From positions 896,001-960,000 of the forward strand of contig CAWFGO010000001.1 in NCBI GenBank assembly GCA_963815455.1: a stretch of DNA of 64,000 bases, given 5' to 3'. Made by a program: the position numbers and the translations under genes. Under the pieces are notes generated by a model that saw nothing but the letters and a program-made list of their open reading frames with translations, ran no database searches and was not told where the DNA came from. This document shows, in pieces, positions 30,473-39,947 of this stretch (position 1 is the stretch's first letter; each line of letters starts with the position of its first letter). Source of the stretch: an uncultured Verrucomicrobiae bacterium (GTDB lineage Bacteria > Verrucomicrobiota > Verrucomicrobiia > Chthoniobacterales > UBA10450).

Positions 30473-30510
30473 AAGGCGCTCGCGGAGCAATCTGCGAGCG
30501 CCTTTGTTTT
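30473..30510 (+). terminator. Putative intrinsic terminator
   Basis: AAGGCGCTCGCGGA / TCTGCGAGCGCCTT stem followed by TGTTTT. Confidence 0.7.
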
Positions 30511-30521
30511 GTCAGAATAAT

Positions 30522-30545
30522 GCGACGGTCGGAGACCGCCGCTAC
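30522..30545 (-). repeat. GTAG-type REP, same family as 12984-13049
   Basis: GCGACGGTCGGAGACCGCCGCTAC. Confidence 0.7.
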
Positions 30546-30549
30546 AGAA

Positions 30550-31521
30550 TTAGTCGCCGTAGCCGCGGGGAAATTTCTGGTGCCATGTCCAGGCGCTTTC
30601 GATGATGGCGTCGAGCGATTGAAACTGCGGCTGCCAGCCAAGTCCCTTTTTGATTTTTTCTGAGGAGGCAATCAATCGCGGTGGATCGCCGGGGCGCCGC
30701 GGTTTTTCGACGATGTCGATCTTACGGCCTGTAATCTTGCGGCAGCACTCGATCACTTCACGAACGCTGGATCCTCCGCCGGTGCCCAGATTGTAGAAGT
30801 CGCTACTGCCAGCATCGAGGGCCAGAATATGGGCCCGGGCCAGATCGGCGATGTGAATGTAATCGCGGACGCAAGTCCCGTCCGGCGTTTCATAATCGGT
30901 GCCGTAAATCTCCACGTGCGGTTTTTGCCCGAGCGCGACCTGAAGCACGTTGGGAATGAGATGAGTTTCAAGCCGATGATCCTCGCCGAATTTTGCCGAA
31001 GCGCCGGCGGCGTTGAAATAGCGCAGCGAAACAAATCGCAAAGCGTGAATCTCGTCGTACCAGCGCAAGATTTTTTCGAACGCGAGCTTTGATTCGCCGT
31101 AGGGATTGATCGGGCGGGCCGGCATGCTCTCGTCGATCGGAACCCGTTCCGGCGGGCCGAAGATGGCGCAGGTGGATGAAAAGACGAGGCGCTTTACACC
31201 GGTCGCGACCATTGCATCGAGCAGGTTCAAGCCATTGGCGATGTTGTTGCGAAAATATTTCGAAGGGTTCTGCATCGATTCGCCTACGAGCGCGTTAGCG
31301 GCGAATTGCATGACAGCGTCCGGGCGCACGCTGGCCAGGGCCGACTCGATCGCTTGTCGATCCTGCAATTCGCCCTCGATGAATCGCGCACGCGGATCGA
31401 CGGCAGCGCGATGGCCTTCGCTCAGGTTATCGAAGATCGCCACATCGTGGCCTTCATCGAGAAGAATCTCCGAGCAAATGCTGCCGATGTATCCGGCCCC
31501 GCCGACAACAAAAATCTTCAT
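30550..31521 (-). CDS. galE: UDP-glucose 4-epimerase
   Basis: GGAGYIGS, YGESK, LRYFNAAGA and DGTCVRDYIH motifs. Confidence 0.95.
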   Translation of the reverse strand: MKIFVVGGAGYIGSICSEILLDEGHDVAIFDNLSEGHRAAVDPRARFIEGELQDRQAIESALASVRPDAVMQFAANALVGESMQNPSKYFRNNIANGLNLLDAMVATGVKRLVFSSTCAIFGPPERVPIDESMPARPINPYGESKLAFEKILRWYDEIHALRFVSLRYFNAAGASAKFGEDHRLETHLIPNVLQVALGQKPHVEIYGTDYETPDGTCVRDYIHIADLARAHILALDAGSSDFYNLGTGGGSSVREVIECCRKITGRKIDIVEKPRRPGDPPRLIASSEKIKKGLGWQPQFQSLDAIIESAWTWHQKFPRGYGD

Positions 31522-31554
31522 GCGCCGGGAAAGTGCGGCGCGATTCGCGTTAAA

Positions 31555-32094
31555 TCAACGCGAAGCGCGGGAAGAAGTCTGGGCAACACTGTTCCCTCGT
31601 TTTTTCTCGAGGGCGATTATCATCCGTCGAACGGAACGATGTTTGGCTCGCGGCGCCAGGACCTTGAGACTCGCTTCCTCCGAGCCCCACTGAACGATGT
31701 CAATATCGACATGGCGCATGCCCCAGCGTCTCATATCGAGCCGGCTTGGTTTGTAGAGGTCGATGGTGTTCGTCCCGATGAGTGCCGTTCCGTAATCGTC
31801 GATGATGTATTCCTCATTGGTTCCGGCAATTCTAAAACGCGTGCCGAGCGGGAAGCGCGACCAATCCGAGGCGGCGCTCATGACGTGATGTCCCGAAAGA
31901 CGTTTGCCCAGCGCGTTACGCCGGCCGCCTTGTTCGGTATGCGTGTAGGCCGTCGTCCGGACTTTCGGCATGTGACGGAGACTCGTAGCAGCAGTCGGAT
32001 GGGAGCGCGCTCGCGGTTGCTGCGCGCAACCGATCAGCCCACACGCGGCGGTAATGCCGATGGCCAGGCCAAGGCGTTTGGAAATTTCCAACAT
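31555..32094 (-). CDS. 3D-domain (MltA-like) lipoprotein
   Basis: LIGC lipobox; TTAY, ASDWSRFPLGT, DDYG and IDLY motifs. Confidence 0.8.
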   Translation of the reverse strand: MLEISKRLGLAIGITAACGLIGCAQQPRARSHPTAATSLRHMPKVRTTAYTHTEQGGRRNALGKRLSGHHVMSAASDWSRFPLGTRFRIAGTNEEYIIDDYGTALIGTNTIDLYKPSRLDMRRWGMRHVDIDIVQWGSEEASLKVLAPRAKHRSVRRMIIALEKKRGNSVAQTSSRASR

Positions 32095-32170
32095 CAGCCG
32101 TCCTCGATAGCACTGATGCCATGCCTGGCAAGCAATTATTGCCTGAAAAGCAGGCCCGGAGTTGCGGACC

Positions 32171-32258
32171 GGTGGATCGGCCGCTCCGCCGGACGATTTT
32201 GAAAAATGCGGCTTTGCCGCCCAATTTTACCATCGAGCAAGGGACTGCTCGATCCACC
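32171..32258. repeat. GGTGGATC...GATCCACC palindromic element abutting the mscL stop
   Basis: Terminal IR; homolog inside the glycosylase gene. Confidence 0.85.
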
Positions 32259-32716
32259 TACGTCGCTGGCGCGCCGGAAAACTGCGTGGTGCAGTGCGGG
32301 CAGCGAGTCGCTTTGATCGGAATGCTCATGGCGCAGGCCGGACAATCCTTGGCGACAGCAGCCGCAGTCGGCGACGGCCTCTTCAATTTGTTCATCGCCT
32401 TCACCACGAGGAAAATACAGAAGGCGACGATAAGAAAATTGATTATCAAGGTAACAAAGTTTCCGTAGTTCCAGGTCACCGCGCCGGCCTTGGCTGCCTC
32501 GGCTGGAGTGTTAAACACGCCCCCGCCCGGCGCGTCTTTCAGGATCATGAACTTGTTCGAGAAATCCAGACCGCCCGTGAGCAGTCCAATCGGCGGCATC
32601 AGGATGTCTTTGACCAGCGAGTTAACAATTCCACCAAACGCCGCGCCGATGATTACGCCGACGGCCAGGTCAACCGCATTTCCCTTAACAGCGAACTCTT
32701 TGAATTCCTTCCACAT
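32258..32716 (-). CDS. mscL: Large-conductance mechanosensitive channel with C-terminal CxxC-CxxC
   Basis: [21 protein letters not shown] and YGNF motifs. Confidence 0.95.
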   Translation of the reverse strand: MWKEFKEFAVKGNAVDLAVGVIIGAAFGGIVNSLVKDILMPPIGLLTGGLDFSNKFMILKDAPGGGVFNTPAEAAKAGAVTWNYGNFVTLIINFLIVAFCIFLVVKAMNKLKRPSPTAAAVAKDCPACAMSIPIKATRCPHCTTQFSGAPAT

Positions 32717-32731
32717 AAGATGTCGGTTTAA

Positions 32732-35542
32732 CTAACCGACCACGATGTTGACAAGCTTTTTCGGCACAACCACGACTTTGCGAACGGTCTTGCCGGCGAC
32801 GAGTTGTTGAATTTTCGGGTTGGCCAGCGCGGCGGTTTCCATTTCCTTCTCAGTCGCCAGGATCGACATCGTCATTCGGTCACGCACTTTGCCGTTCACC
32901 TGAACTACGATTTCGACTTCGTCCTCGACAAGCAACCGTTCGTCATAATCGGGCCATTGTTGTCCGGTGATGTCGCCTTTCGCCTCCAGCTTTTCCCACA
33001 ACTCGGAAGAAAGATGCGGCGCGAATGGGTTAAGCAGAATCAGGAAAGTGCGCATGACCGAGACCGGAATTGCCTCCGCGTTGGTAAAGGCGTTCACGAA
33101 GATCATCATCTGCGAGATCGCGGTGTTGAATGAAAGCGATTCGATGTCCTCAGTGACTTTTTTGATCGTAGCGTGCAATATTTTCAGCTGCGCTTTGGAA
33201 GGATCGACATCTTTCACCGAAGGCGCCAACTCCCATTGGCCGGCTTGATTCTCGGTCATGATCAAACGCCAGACCCGGGCGAGGAAACGGAAAACACCTT
33301 CCACGCCGCGCATGCTCCATGGCTTCATTTGTTCGAGCGGCCCCATGAACATTTCGTAACAGCGAAAAGCATCGGCGCCGTATTGGGCGATAACGTCATC
33401 CGGATCGATCACGTTCCCCCAGCGCTTGGACATTTTGCGGCTGTCTTCGCCAAGAATCATCCCTTGATTCACAAGTCGCTGGAATGGTTCGGGCTTGGAT
33501 AAATAACCAAGATCGAACAACACCTTGTGCCAAAACCGCGCGTAAAGAAGATGCAACACCGCATGTTCGGTCCCGCCCACGTAAAGATCGACCATGCCAG
33601 GCGTGGCATCGGCATCCTGTCGATGAGACATGGGCTGGAAGCCCATGCCACTCCAGTATTTTTCGGCATCTTCACCAACGAAACGCTGGTCGTTTTGCGG
33701 ATCGCAAAATCTTAAGTAATACCAGCACGAGCCGGCCCACTGCGGCATCACGTTGGTTTCGCGCGTCGCCTTGTCGGAATAACGAACCCAATCCCTGGCC
33801 TTGGCTAAAGGCGGCTCCCCCGTGCCCGTCGGTTTGTAATCTTCGAGCGGCGGCGGAACGACTGGAAGTTCAGACTCATCAAGCGCCCGATGATGTCGAT
33901 GCTGCCCGTCCGGCTCGGACTCCCAAACCACAGGAAAAGGCTCTCCCCAGTAACGTTGCCGCGAGAATAACCAGTCGCGCAGTTTGTAATTGATCTTGCC
34001 TTTCCCCTGCTCGTGTTCCTCGAGCCATTTTGTAATCTTCTGAATTCCTTCTCTCGAAGGAAGTCCATCAATCAGGGGTGAATTGAGTGCGATCCCCTCG
34101 CCAACGAAGCAGTCATGATGGATAAAAGCTCGTTCCCCAATTGGATCAGGGGCATAACTGGCGAATTGTCCCTTCCGAATAGCTTCTTGGACATTTGCGC
34201 GATTCTCGTCGCTGATTTCTGCAACGACCGCGCGGATTTCGAGACCAAACTTCTTGGCAAATTCAAAGTCCCGTTCGTCGTGTCCGGGGACGCCCATGAC
34301 CACACCGGTGCCATAGCTGGGGAGCACGTAATCGGCAATCCAAATCGGAATCCGTTCATTGTTTACCGGATTAATTGCGTAGGCGCCGGTGAAAACGCCC
34401 GTCTTTTTTTCAATATCAGCCTTCCGCGTCCGTTCTAGCTTCGATGCCGTCTCGTCTTGATAAGCCCGTATAGCTGCCAGCGGACTTACTCGTGCGGCAA
34501 TATTGTCGCCCTTCCAAGCATCCGGAGTTTGATCCGGCCATTCGTCGGGAAGGCTGAAGATACCGAGAATTAGATGCTCCGGTGCAAGCGTCAGGAATGT
34601 TGCCCCGTACAAAGTGTCGGGTCTCGTAGTGAATACAGGCAGTGGTTGCGCGACCATGCCGTGCTGGCTCTTCTCAAACCAACTCTTCGTCCGCTCAAGG
34701 GAAAGAATGCCGGGAACGGCTTGAGTGGCTAAACCAATTATGAACTCTATCTCGGCGCCTTCACTTTTACCGATCCAATCTTTCTGCAGACATTTGATGC
34801 CTTCTGGCCATTCCAGTCCGTCGAGCCCATCAATCAAGCGGTCGGCATAAGTAGTGATGCGCAGCATCCATTGTCGCATCGGCCGCCGCACTACGGGGAA
34901 TCCGCCTACTTCACTTTTTCCATCGACAACTTCCTCGTTGGCCAGGACAGTGCCTAACTCGGGACACCAGTTCACCGGAACCTCGGAGATGTAAGCGAGA
35001 CGCACTTCATCCGGGTTCTCGCCCCGGTAGGTCGAGATCGGCTCCGCCTTGTTGGTCTTGGGGTTGAACCAGGAATTGTAAATCTGGAGAAAAATCCACT
35101 GGGTCCACTTGTAGTAACGCGGATCGGTGGTGTTGATCTCGCGCTGCCAATCGTAGGAAAAGCCGATGCGTTTGAGCTGCGATTTGAATTTGGCCACGTT
35201 TTCTCGGGTCGTGATCGCGGGATGCTGGCCGCTCTTTATTGCGTATTGCTCGGCCGGCAAACCGAACGCGTCCCAGCCCATCGGATGCAACACATTGAAG
35301 CCGCGCATCCGTTTATACCGCGCGACGATGTCGGTGGCGGTGTATCCTTCCGGATGCCCGACGTGCAATCCCGCGCCGCTCGGGTACGGGAACATGTCGA
35401 GCACGTAAAACTTCGGCCTGGCCGGATCGAAGTTTTTTTCGCCGGGATTCGTGGCGTGGAAAAGCTGGCGCTCTTCCCAGATTTGCTGCCATTTCGGCTC
35501 AATCTGATCGAATGGATACGGTTTGCGGCGTTCGCTGCTCAT
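32732..35542 (-). CDS. leuS: Leucine--tRNA ligase
   Basis: MFPYPSGAGLHVGH, FTTRPDT, SRQRYWG and KMSK motifs; start at MSSERR. Confidence 0.97.
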   Translation of the reverse strand: MSSERRKPYPFDQIEPKWQQIWEERQLFHATNPGEKNFDPARPKFYVLDMFPYPSGAGLHVGHPEGYTATDIVARYKRMRGFNVLHPMGWDAFGLPAEQYAIKSGQHPAITTRENVAKFKSQLKRIGFSYDWQREINTTDPRYYKWTQWIFLQIYNSWFNPKTNKAEPISTYRGENPDEVRLAYISEVPVNWCPELGTVLANEEVVDGKSEVGGFPVVRRPMRQWMLRITTYADRLIDGLDGLEWPEGIKCLQKDWIGKSEGAEIEFIIGLATQAVPGILSLERTKSWFEKSQHGMVAQPLPVFTTRPDTLYGATFLTLAPEHLILGIFSLPDEWPDQTPDAWKGDNIAARVSPLAAIRAYQDETASKLERTRKADIEKKTGVFTGAYAINPVNNERIPIWIADYVLPSYGTGVVMGVPGHDERDFEFAKKFGLEIRAVVAEISDENRANVQEAIRKGQFASYAPDPIGERAFIHHDCFVGEGIALNSPLIDGLPSREGIQKITKWLEEHEQGKGKINYKLRDWLFSRQRYWGEPFPVVWESEPDGQHRHHRALDESELPVVPPPLEDYKPTGTGEPPLAKARDWVRYSDKATRETNVMPQWAGSCWYYLRFCDPQNDQRFVGEDAEKYWSGMGFQPMSHRQDADATPGMVDLYVGGTEHAVLHLLYARFWHKVLFDLGYLSKPEPFQRLVNQGMILGEDSRKMSKRWGNVIDPDDVIAQYGADAFRCYEMFMGPLEQMKPWSMRGVEGVFRFLARVWRLIMTENQAGQWELAPSVKDVDPSKAQLKILHATIKKVTEDIESLSFNTAISQMMIFVNAFTNAEAIPVSVMRTFLILLNPFAPHLSSELWEKLEAKGDITGQQWPDYDERLLVEDEVEIVVQVNGKVRDRMTMSILATEKEMETAALANPKIQQLVAGKTVRKVVVVPKKLVNIVVG
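33603..33651. repeat. Family B element inside leuS
   Basis: GTGGCATCGGCATCCTGTCGATG-AGA-CATGGGCTGGAAGCCCATGCCAC. Confidence 0.85.
33903..33920. repeat. Family D 18-bp motif inside leuS
   Basis: TGCCCGTCCGGCTCGGAC. Confidence 0.7.
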
Positions 35543-35582
35543 CGGATTATCTCTTAGGAAAGCAGGAAAGCAGGAAAAGAAA

Positions 35583-36170
35583 ATGGATTTACTCCTGGCC
35601 ACGCGGAATGCGCATAAGACTCGCGAAATTCAGCGCATGCTCGGACCGCATTTCGCCGTGCGCGATTTGTCCGATCATCCCGAGATTCCCGAAATTGAGG
35701 AAAATGGAAGAACGTTCGAGGAAAATGCAGTTCTGAAGGCGATCGCCGTATCGGGAAGATTGCCCGGACTCGTCGTCGCAGATGATTCGGGCCTGGAGGT
35801 GGACGCGCTGAACGGCGCGCCTGGAATTTATTCCGCTCGTTACGCGGGGCCAAAGGCGACCGATCAGCAGAACAACGACAAGTTGCTACACGAGCTTGAA
35901 CGCACGGGCGCTGAAGAAGATCGGAGATCGGCGCGATTTTGCTGCGTTCTGGCCCTGGCCCAGGATGGACGTGTGCTCGAGACGCTCGAGGGAGTGGTCG
36001 AGGGAACGATTGTCGATGCTCCGCGCGGGCGCGGTGGATTCGGTTACGATCCGATTTTCAAGCCGAACGGATTCGATCAAACATTCGGCGAGATCGAGTC
36101 CGCAGAGAAAGATCGAGTGAGCCACCGGGCCTGCGCGCTGGAAAAATTAAGGGCGCGTTTGGCAACCTGA
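35583..36170 (+). CDS. rdgB: Non-canonical purine NTP pyrophosphatase
   Basis: ATRNAHK, ADDSGL, PGIYSARY, GFGYDP and SHR motifs. Confidence 0.95.
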   Translation: MDLLLATRNAHKTREIQRMLGPHFAVRDLSDHPEIPEIEENGRTFEENAVLKAIAVSGRLPGLVVADDSGLEVDALNGAPGIYSARYAGPKATDQQNNDKLLHELERTGAEEDRRSARFCCVLALAQDGRVLETLEGVVEGTIVDAPRGRGGFGYDPIFKPNGFDQTFGEIESAEKDRVSHRACALEKLRARLAT

Positions 36171-36248
36171 ATGCGCAGTCGCGAAAAACAACCTCGGCCA
36201 TACTGGCTGAGCGCACTAGCTGACTCGTGCACTGCAAGCTGCGTAGGC

Positions 36249-36276
36249 GAAATCCCTCGCTAACGCTCGGGATGAC
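36249..36276. repeat. Family A half element
   Basis: GAAATCCCTCGCTAACGCTCGGGATGAC. Confidence 0.65.
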
Positions 36277-36327
36277 AGGCGCGGTACGGCAGTGACCGAA
36301 CTGGCGCATCGAAACGCGCGGCGACAG

Positions 36328-36805
36328 TTATCGAGGAGGCTTTGGAGGCGGCGGCGCGCCTGGAGGCCCGCCGGGGGCCGCGGGAGCCCCGGGTGCCTGA
36401 GCAGCTCGAACCTGGTAGCCGACCTTTTTGATCTTCGCGAGCCGAACTTTGTCGAGTACCTGAGATCACGTCACCGTGCAAGGCCATCATCTCGGCGCTA
36501 ATCGAAACTTTGATTTCAGGATTTGCCTGATGCAGCTGATACAACTGCGGAAGGACCTGGTCATCCTGGACAAACTGGCCATCGAAGTAAACCGTGTTGC
36601 CTTCCCGCACCTGGATCGAAACATAATCCTTCTTGGGCGGGCCCGGGGGCGGCGGCCCGGAAGGCAAATTCACGTTTATGCCTTTCATGTGAGTCTGGCT
36701 CAAGCTCACCATCATGAAGCTGGCCAGGAGGAAGAACATGATGTCGATCAAGGGGATGATCTCGATTCGAGCCTTTTTGTGAGGAAGAGGTGAAGACAGT
36801 CGCAT
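36328..36805 (-). CDS. exbD: ExbD/TolR protein, with a 1-nt frameshift near 36460
   Basis: IEIIPLIDIMFFLL; C-terminus VLDKVRLAKIKKVGYQ lies in the shifted frame. Confidence 0.82.
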
Positions 36806-36807
36806 AA

Positions 36808-37446
36808 CTAATAAGAGGCTCCGGCCATGGTGAATGTGATGGGAATTTTCACTTTGGAGACGGTCCCCGGTTTAAACCGCCACTGTCGGAAGGTGCTAAG
36901 CGCGGAATTATCGAGAGCGGCATTGCCAATACTCTGGGCCATGGTCGCATCGGTAACGTGTCCGCTCCCTGTATCAACCGTAACCACGCAAACGCCGCTG
37001 CCGGTAATGTGGTGCGAACGCGCTTCGTAAGGATAAGCCGGCCGAGGCGCGTAAACCGCGAGAGCTTTGGCGCTGGAAATCGACATTGGGCCTGCCCGGC
37101 CAACTTGCTGGGTCTTAATCGGCGCAATTTTTTGCGGTCTGGGGACCTTCGGCGGCGGGGTCGTTTCCTCGTGAAACTCCGGTGTCATTTCCGGTTCCGG
37201 CGGGGGGGTCGGGGCAACGATTTCTTCCGGCGGCGGAGTTGGCTGTTCCTCCGCCTGCAAGGTAGCTTCGACCACCGCGCTTGGAATATCAGTAAGATCG
37301 ACAGGAGGAGCTTCGCGTTTCATGGCCAGAGCCACAGCGGTCAAATGGATCAGAACAGCGCCGCCCATTGCCGCCCATACCTGCCAGCGCGGCGGTGGCT
37401 GGTAGAGCACTGGCTTCACTGATTCCGGTGAGATGGGTTGCGCCAT
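36808..37446 (-). CDS. tonB: Energy transducer TonB
   Basis: TM segment with His, Pro-rich linker, YPYEAR...WRFKP. Confidence 0.88.
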   Translation of the reverse strand: MAQPISPESVKPVLYQPPPRWQVWAAMGGAVLIHLTAVALAMKREAPPVDLTDIPSAVVEATLQAEEQPTPPPEEIVAPTPPPEPEMTPEFHEETTPPPKVPRPQKIAPIKTQQVGRAGPMSISSAKALAVYAPRPAYPYEARSHHITGSGVCVVTVDTGSGHVTDATMAQSIGNAALDNSALSTFRQWRFKPGTVSKVKIPITFTMAGASY

Positions 37447-37454
37447 AGAACGAA

Positions 37455-37898
37455 TTACCGACTGTTCCCGGACCCGGGCACGCCTTTGAGAGCCTCGCTC
37501 TTAATTTCGAATGAGACTTTCAAAAAACCGGACGCACGGAGCAGATCGAGCAATCGGATAATGTTGCCGTGCACGGTGTTCGCATCGCCCCGAATAAACA
37601 CCTTGGCCTCGGGATCGCCTTGGTGGACCAACTGCAATTTCTGCAGCATCGCGTCGTAACTCAGTTCCTGCTTGTCGAAGAAGAAATTTCCGTTTTGATC
37701 GACCGAGACGCTGATGTAATTATTTTTCGGCTGTATTTCGCCCGATTGGCCGGTGGGAAGCATGACTTTCATGCCCTTCATGTGCACCTGGCTCAAGCTC
37801 ACCATCATGAAACTGGCCAGCAGAAAGAACATGATGTCGATCAAAGGGATGATCTCGATCCGCCCCTTCTTGTGCACGATGAGGGATGGAATTTTCAT
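37455..37898 (-). CDS. exbD: ExbD/TolR protein
   Basis: IEIIPLIDIMFFLL and IRGD motifs. Confidence 0.9.
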   Translation of the reverse strand: MKIPSLIVHKKGRIEIIPLIDIMFFLLASFMMVSLSQVHMKGMKVMLPTGQSGEIQPKNNYISVSVDQNGNFFFDKQELSYDAMLQKLQLVHQGDPEAKVFIRGDANTVHGNIIRLLDLLRASGFLKVSFEIKSEALKGVPGSGNSR

Positions 37899-37950
37899 GG
37901 CTCGTTGGTCTTAAATTCGGTTGCGTCTATTTCAAGAACGCGCCGGGTTT

Positions 37951-38892
37951 TTATCGGCCCGAACCCGCCGTTTCCTTTCTTGCGTTTGCTTCCAACATCA
38001 CCTCCAGATTGGTCGCTGCCGTTTGCAGTTCGAACTCCAAGTTAGACACTCGGGAGGTGAAAAAGTTAAACGGAATCAGCGCGAAGATCGCGATGCCAAG
38101 ACCGCACGCCGTGGCGATCAGCGCCTCGGCGATACCGCCCGTGACCGCTTGCACGGCCAACTCTTCGTTCCCAAGGAAGCTGAACGATCTAATCAGACCG
38201 GTAATGGTTCCCAACAAACCGAGCAACGGGGCCAGGGTCACCAGCGTGTCCATGACGACAAGAAACCGGCCGGCCCGCTTGATCTCGATACCGGCGGCCA
38301 CTTGCAAGGCGCCTTGGAGCGAAGCGTGCTGATGATTGAGACCGTTCCATAACATGCGCAGAATCGGATCGCGCTGCTCCCGGGAAAGTCTCGAGGCTTC
38401 GGCGATGTCGCCGTTCTCGACCGCGGTGAAAACCTTTTCGATTCGCTTCGGATCGCGCCGGAACCAGCGGCCCATCCACCAGAAGACTCGCTCGATCACA
38501 ACCGTCAGCGCCACGATCGAGACGATCAGGATCGGCCACATGATCGGGCCGCCCTTGATGAAATTGTCGATGAGAAAATTGCCGGTGAGCTGTTTTTCAC
38601 CCGCACCTGGCGCATTGGCCGGAGACGCAGAAGGCGAAGGGCTCAACGAAACAGCGATGCTCTGGCCTGGCATGGGCGAGCCAAGCGCTCCCGCGGGCGA
38701 CATTCCAGGCGCCATACCGGGTGACATCGCCGCCCCGGGCGACATGCTGGCAGCAGGCGCCGGCGGAATCGGCGCGCCCGGTTGCGCGGGCGAGGCCATG
38801 GGCGACCCGCCCTCGGGCGGAGGCGGATTTTGAGCGAACGAAGTTAGCGCGAGCGCGACAGTGCAGAGGCTGACAGTAAGCGATGTTTTCAT
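37951..38892 (-). CDS. exbB: MotA/TolQ/ExbB proton channel with Pro/Met-rich N-terminus
   Basis: APLLGLLGTITG and GIAEALIAT motifs. Confidence 0.88.
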   Translation of the reverse strand: MKTSLTVSLCTVALALTSFAQNPPPPEGGSPMASPAQPGAPIPPAPAASMSPGAAMSPGMAPGMSPAGALGSPMPGQSIAVSLSPSPSASPANAPGAGEKQLTGNFLIDNFIKGGPIMWPILIVSIVALTVVIERVFWWMGRWFRRDPKRIEKVFTAVENGDIAEASRLSREQRDPILRMLWNGLNHQHASLQGALQVAAGIEIKRAGRFLVVMDTLVTLAPLLGLLGTITGLIRSFSFLGNEELAVQAVTGGIAEALIATACGLGIAIFALIPFNFFTSRVSNLEFELQTAATNLEVMLEANARKETAGSGR

Positions 38893-39026
38893 AGTTGAGG
38901 CATTGGCCGAGTTACCGGCTCGGTTTTTCTTTCGACCGCTTTTATCCCAAATGGTTTGGCTGGAAGTCGAGAAAAACTTTTCATCATTTTATTTTCTCCT
39001 TGACCGCCTGAATGGGAGGCGCGCAT

Positions 39027-39797
39027 TCAACCTGGCCCGTTTACCACTCCGATTTGCAGGGACGGCCATTCGCCGATCCGTGCCTCGAGTTCATCGCCGG
39101 CCCGAATCGGGCCGACGCCGGATGGCGTGCCAGTCAAAATAACATCGCCGGGCAGGAGCGTCAGCGAGCGGCTGGCGAAAGCAACGATCTCCGCCACCGA
39201 GTAAATCATCTGGCTGGTGCGGGCGCGCTGTTTCGGTTCCCCATTCTGGCGGAGTTCAATGGCCAGGTCGCGAACATCATCGACATCGGCATACACAAAC
39301 GGCCCGATCGGTGTGTAGGTATCGAACGATTTACACCGCCCGAACTGTTTCTCCGATTTCTGTAAATCGCGATCGCTGATATCGAGTCCAATGCTGTAGC
39401 CAAAAACGGACTCGAGGGCCTTTCTCGCGGTCACGTTTTTGGCCGTCGCGCCAATGACGACCGCCAGCTCGATCTCGAAATCGGTCTGGTGCTCCGGATA
39501 AGCGATCTCGATCCTGCCTTTGTGTGGAAGAAGCGAGCTGGGCGCTTTGAACCAGATCAATGGCGTGCCCAGCGGCGTCCGCGACATTTCCTTGATATGC
39601 TCGGCGTAATTGAGCCCCACCGCGACCAGCTTCGAGGGCGCCACTGGAAGATCGACATCTGCGTCCTTGAGCTTGCGCACCTCACCCGTCGGTTCGATGT
39701 CGATCCAATAAGGACGCGCCAAGACGTGGACGTCGTCACTAATGATTTCGCCGTAGAAAGATTTGTCGCCTGACTTGAAACCGCCAAAGGTACGCAT
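39027..39797 (-). CDS. Fumarylacetoacetate hydrolase family protein
   Basis: VGLNY.EH, EIELAVVIG, KSFDT and GDVILTGTPSG motifs. Confidence 0.92.
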   Translation of the reverse strand: MRTFGGFKSGDKSFYGEIISDDVHVLARPYWIDIEPTGEVRKLKDADVDLPVAPSKLVAVGLNYAEHIKEMSRTPLGTPLIWFKAPSSLLPHKGRIEIAYPEHQTDFEIELAVVIGATAKNVTARKALESVFGYSIGLDISDRDLQKSEKQFGRCKSFDTYTPIGPFVYADVDDVRDLAIELRQNGEPKQRARTSQMIYSVAEIVAFASRSLTLLPGDVILTGTPSGVGPIRAGDELEARIGEWPSLQIGVVNGPG

Positions 39798-39812
39798 TTA
39801 GGAATAAGAACG

Positions 39813-39835
39813 GTAGGGCGAGACTCTGTCGAGCC
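39813..39835 (+). repeat. GTAG-type REP-like motif
   Basis: GTAGGGCGAGACTCTGTCGAGCC. Confidence 0.5.
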
Positions 39836-39849
39836 GACTATTTTACCGT

Positions 39850-39940
39850 GTCATCCTGAGCGAAGCGCAGCGAAGTCGAAGGATCCCGCGGCGAACCTTA
39901 AACTGGTCCAACGGGATTCCTCGACTTCGCTCGGAATGGC
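39850..39940. repeat. Family A palindromic element
   Basis: Reverse complement of 28522-28612 with 2 mismatches. Confidence 0.92.
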
Positions 39941-39947
39941 GAGGTGA

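Noticed and set aside
14080..36465. Programmed frameshifting in miaB, the symporter and exbD
   Set aside because: No slippery sites are evident; three unrelated single indels are better explained by sequencing error.
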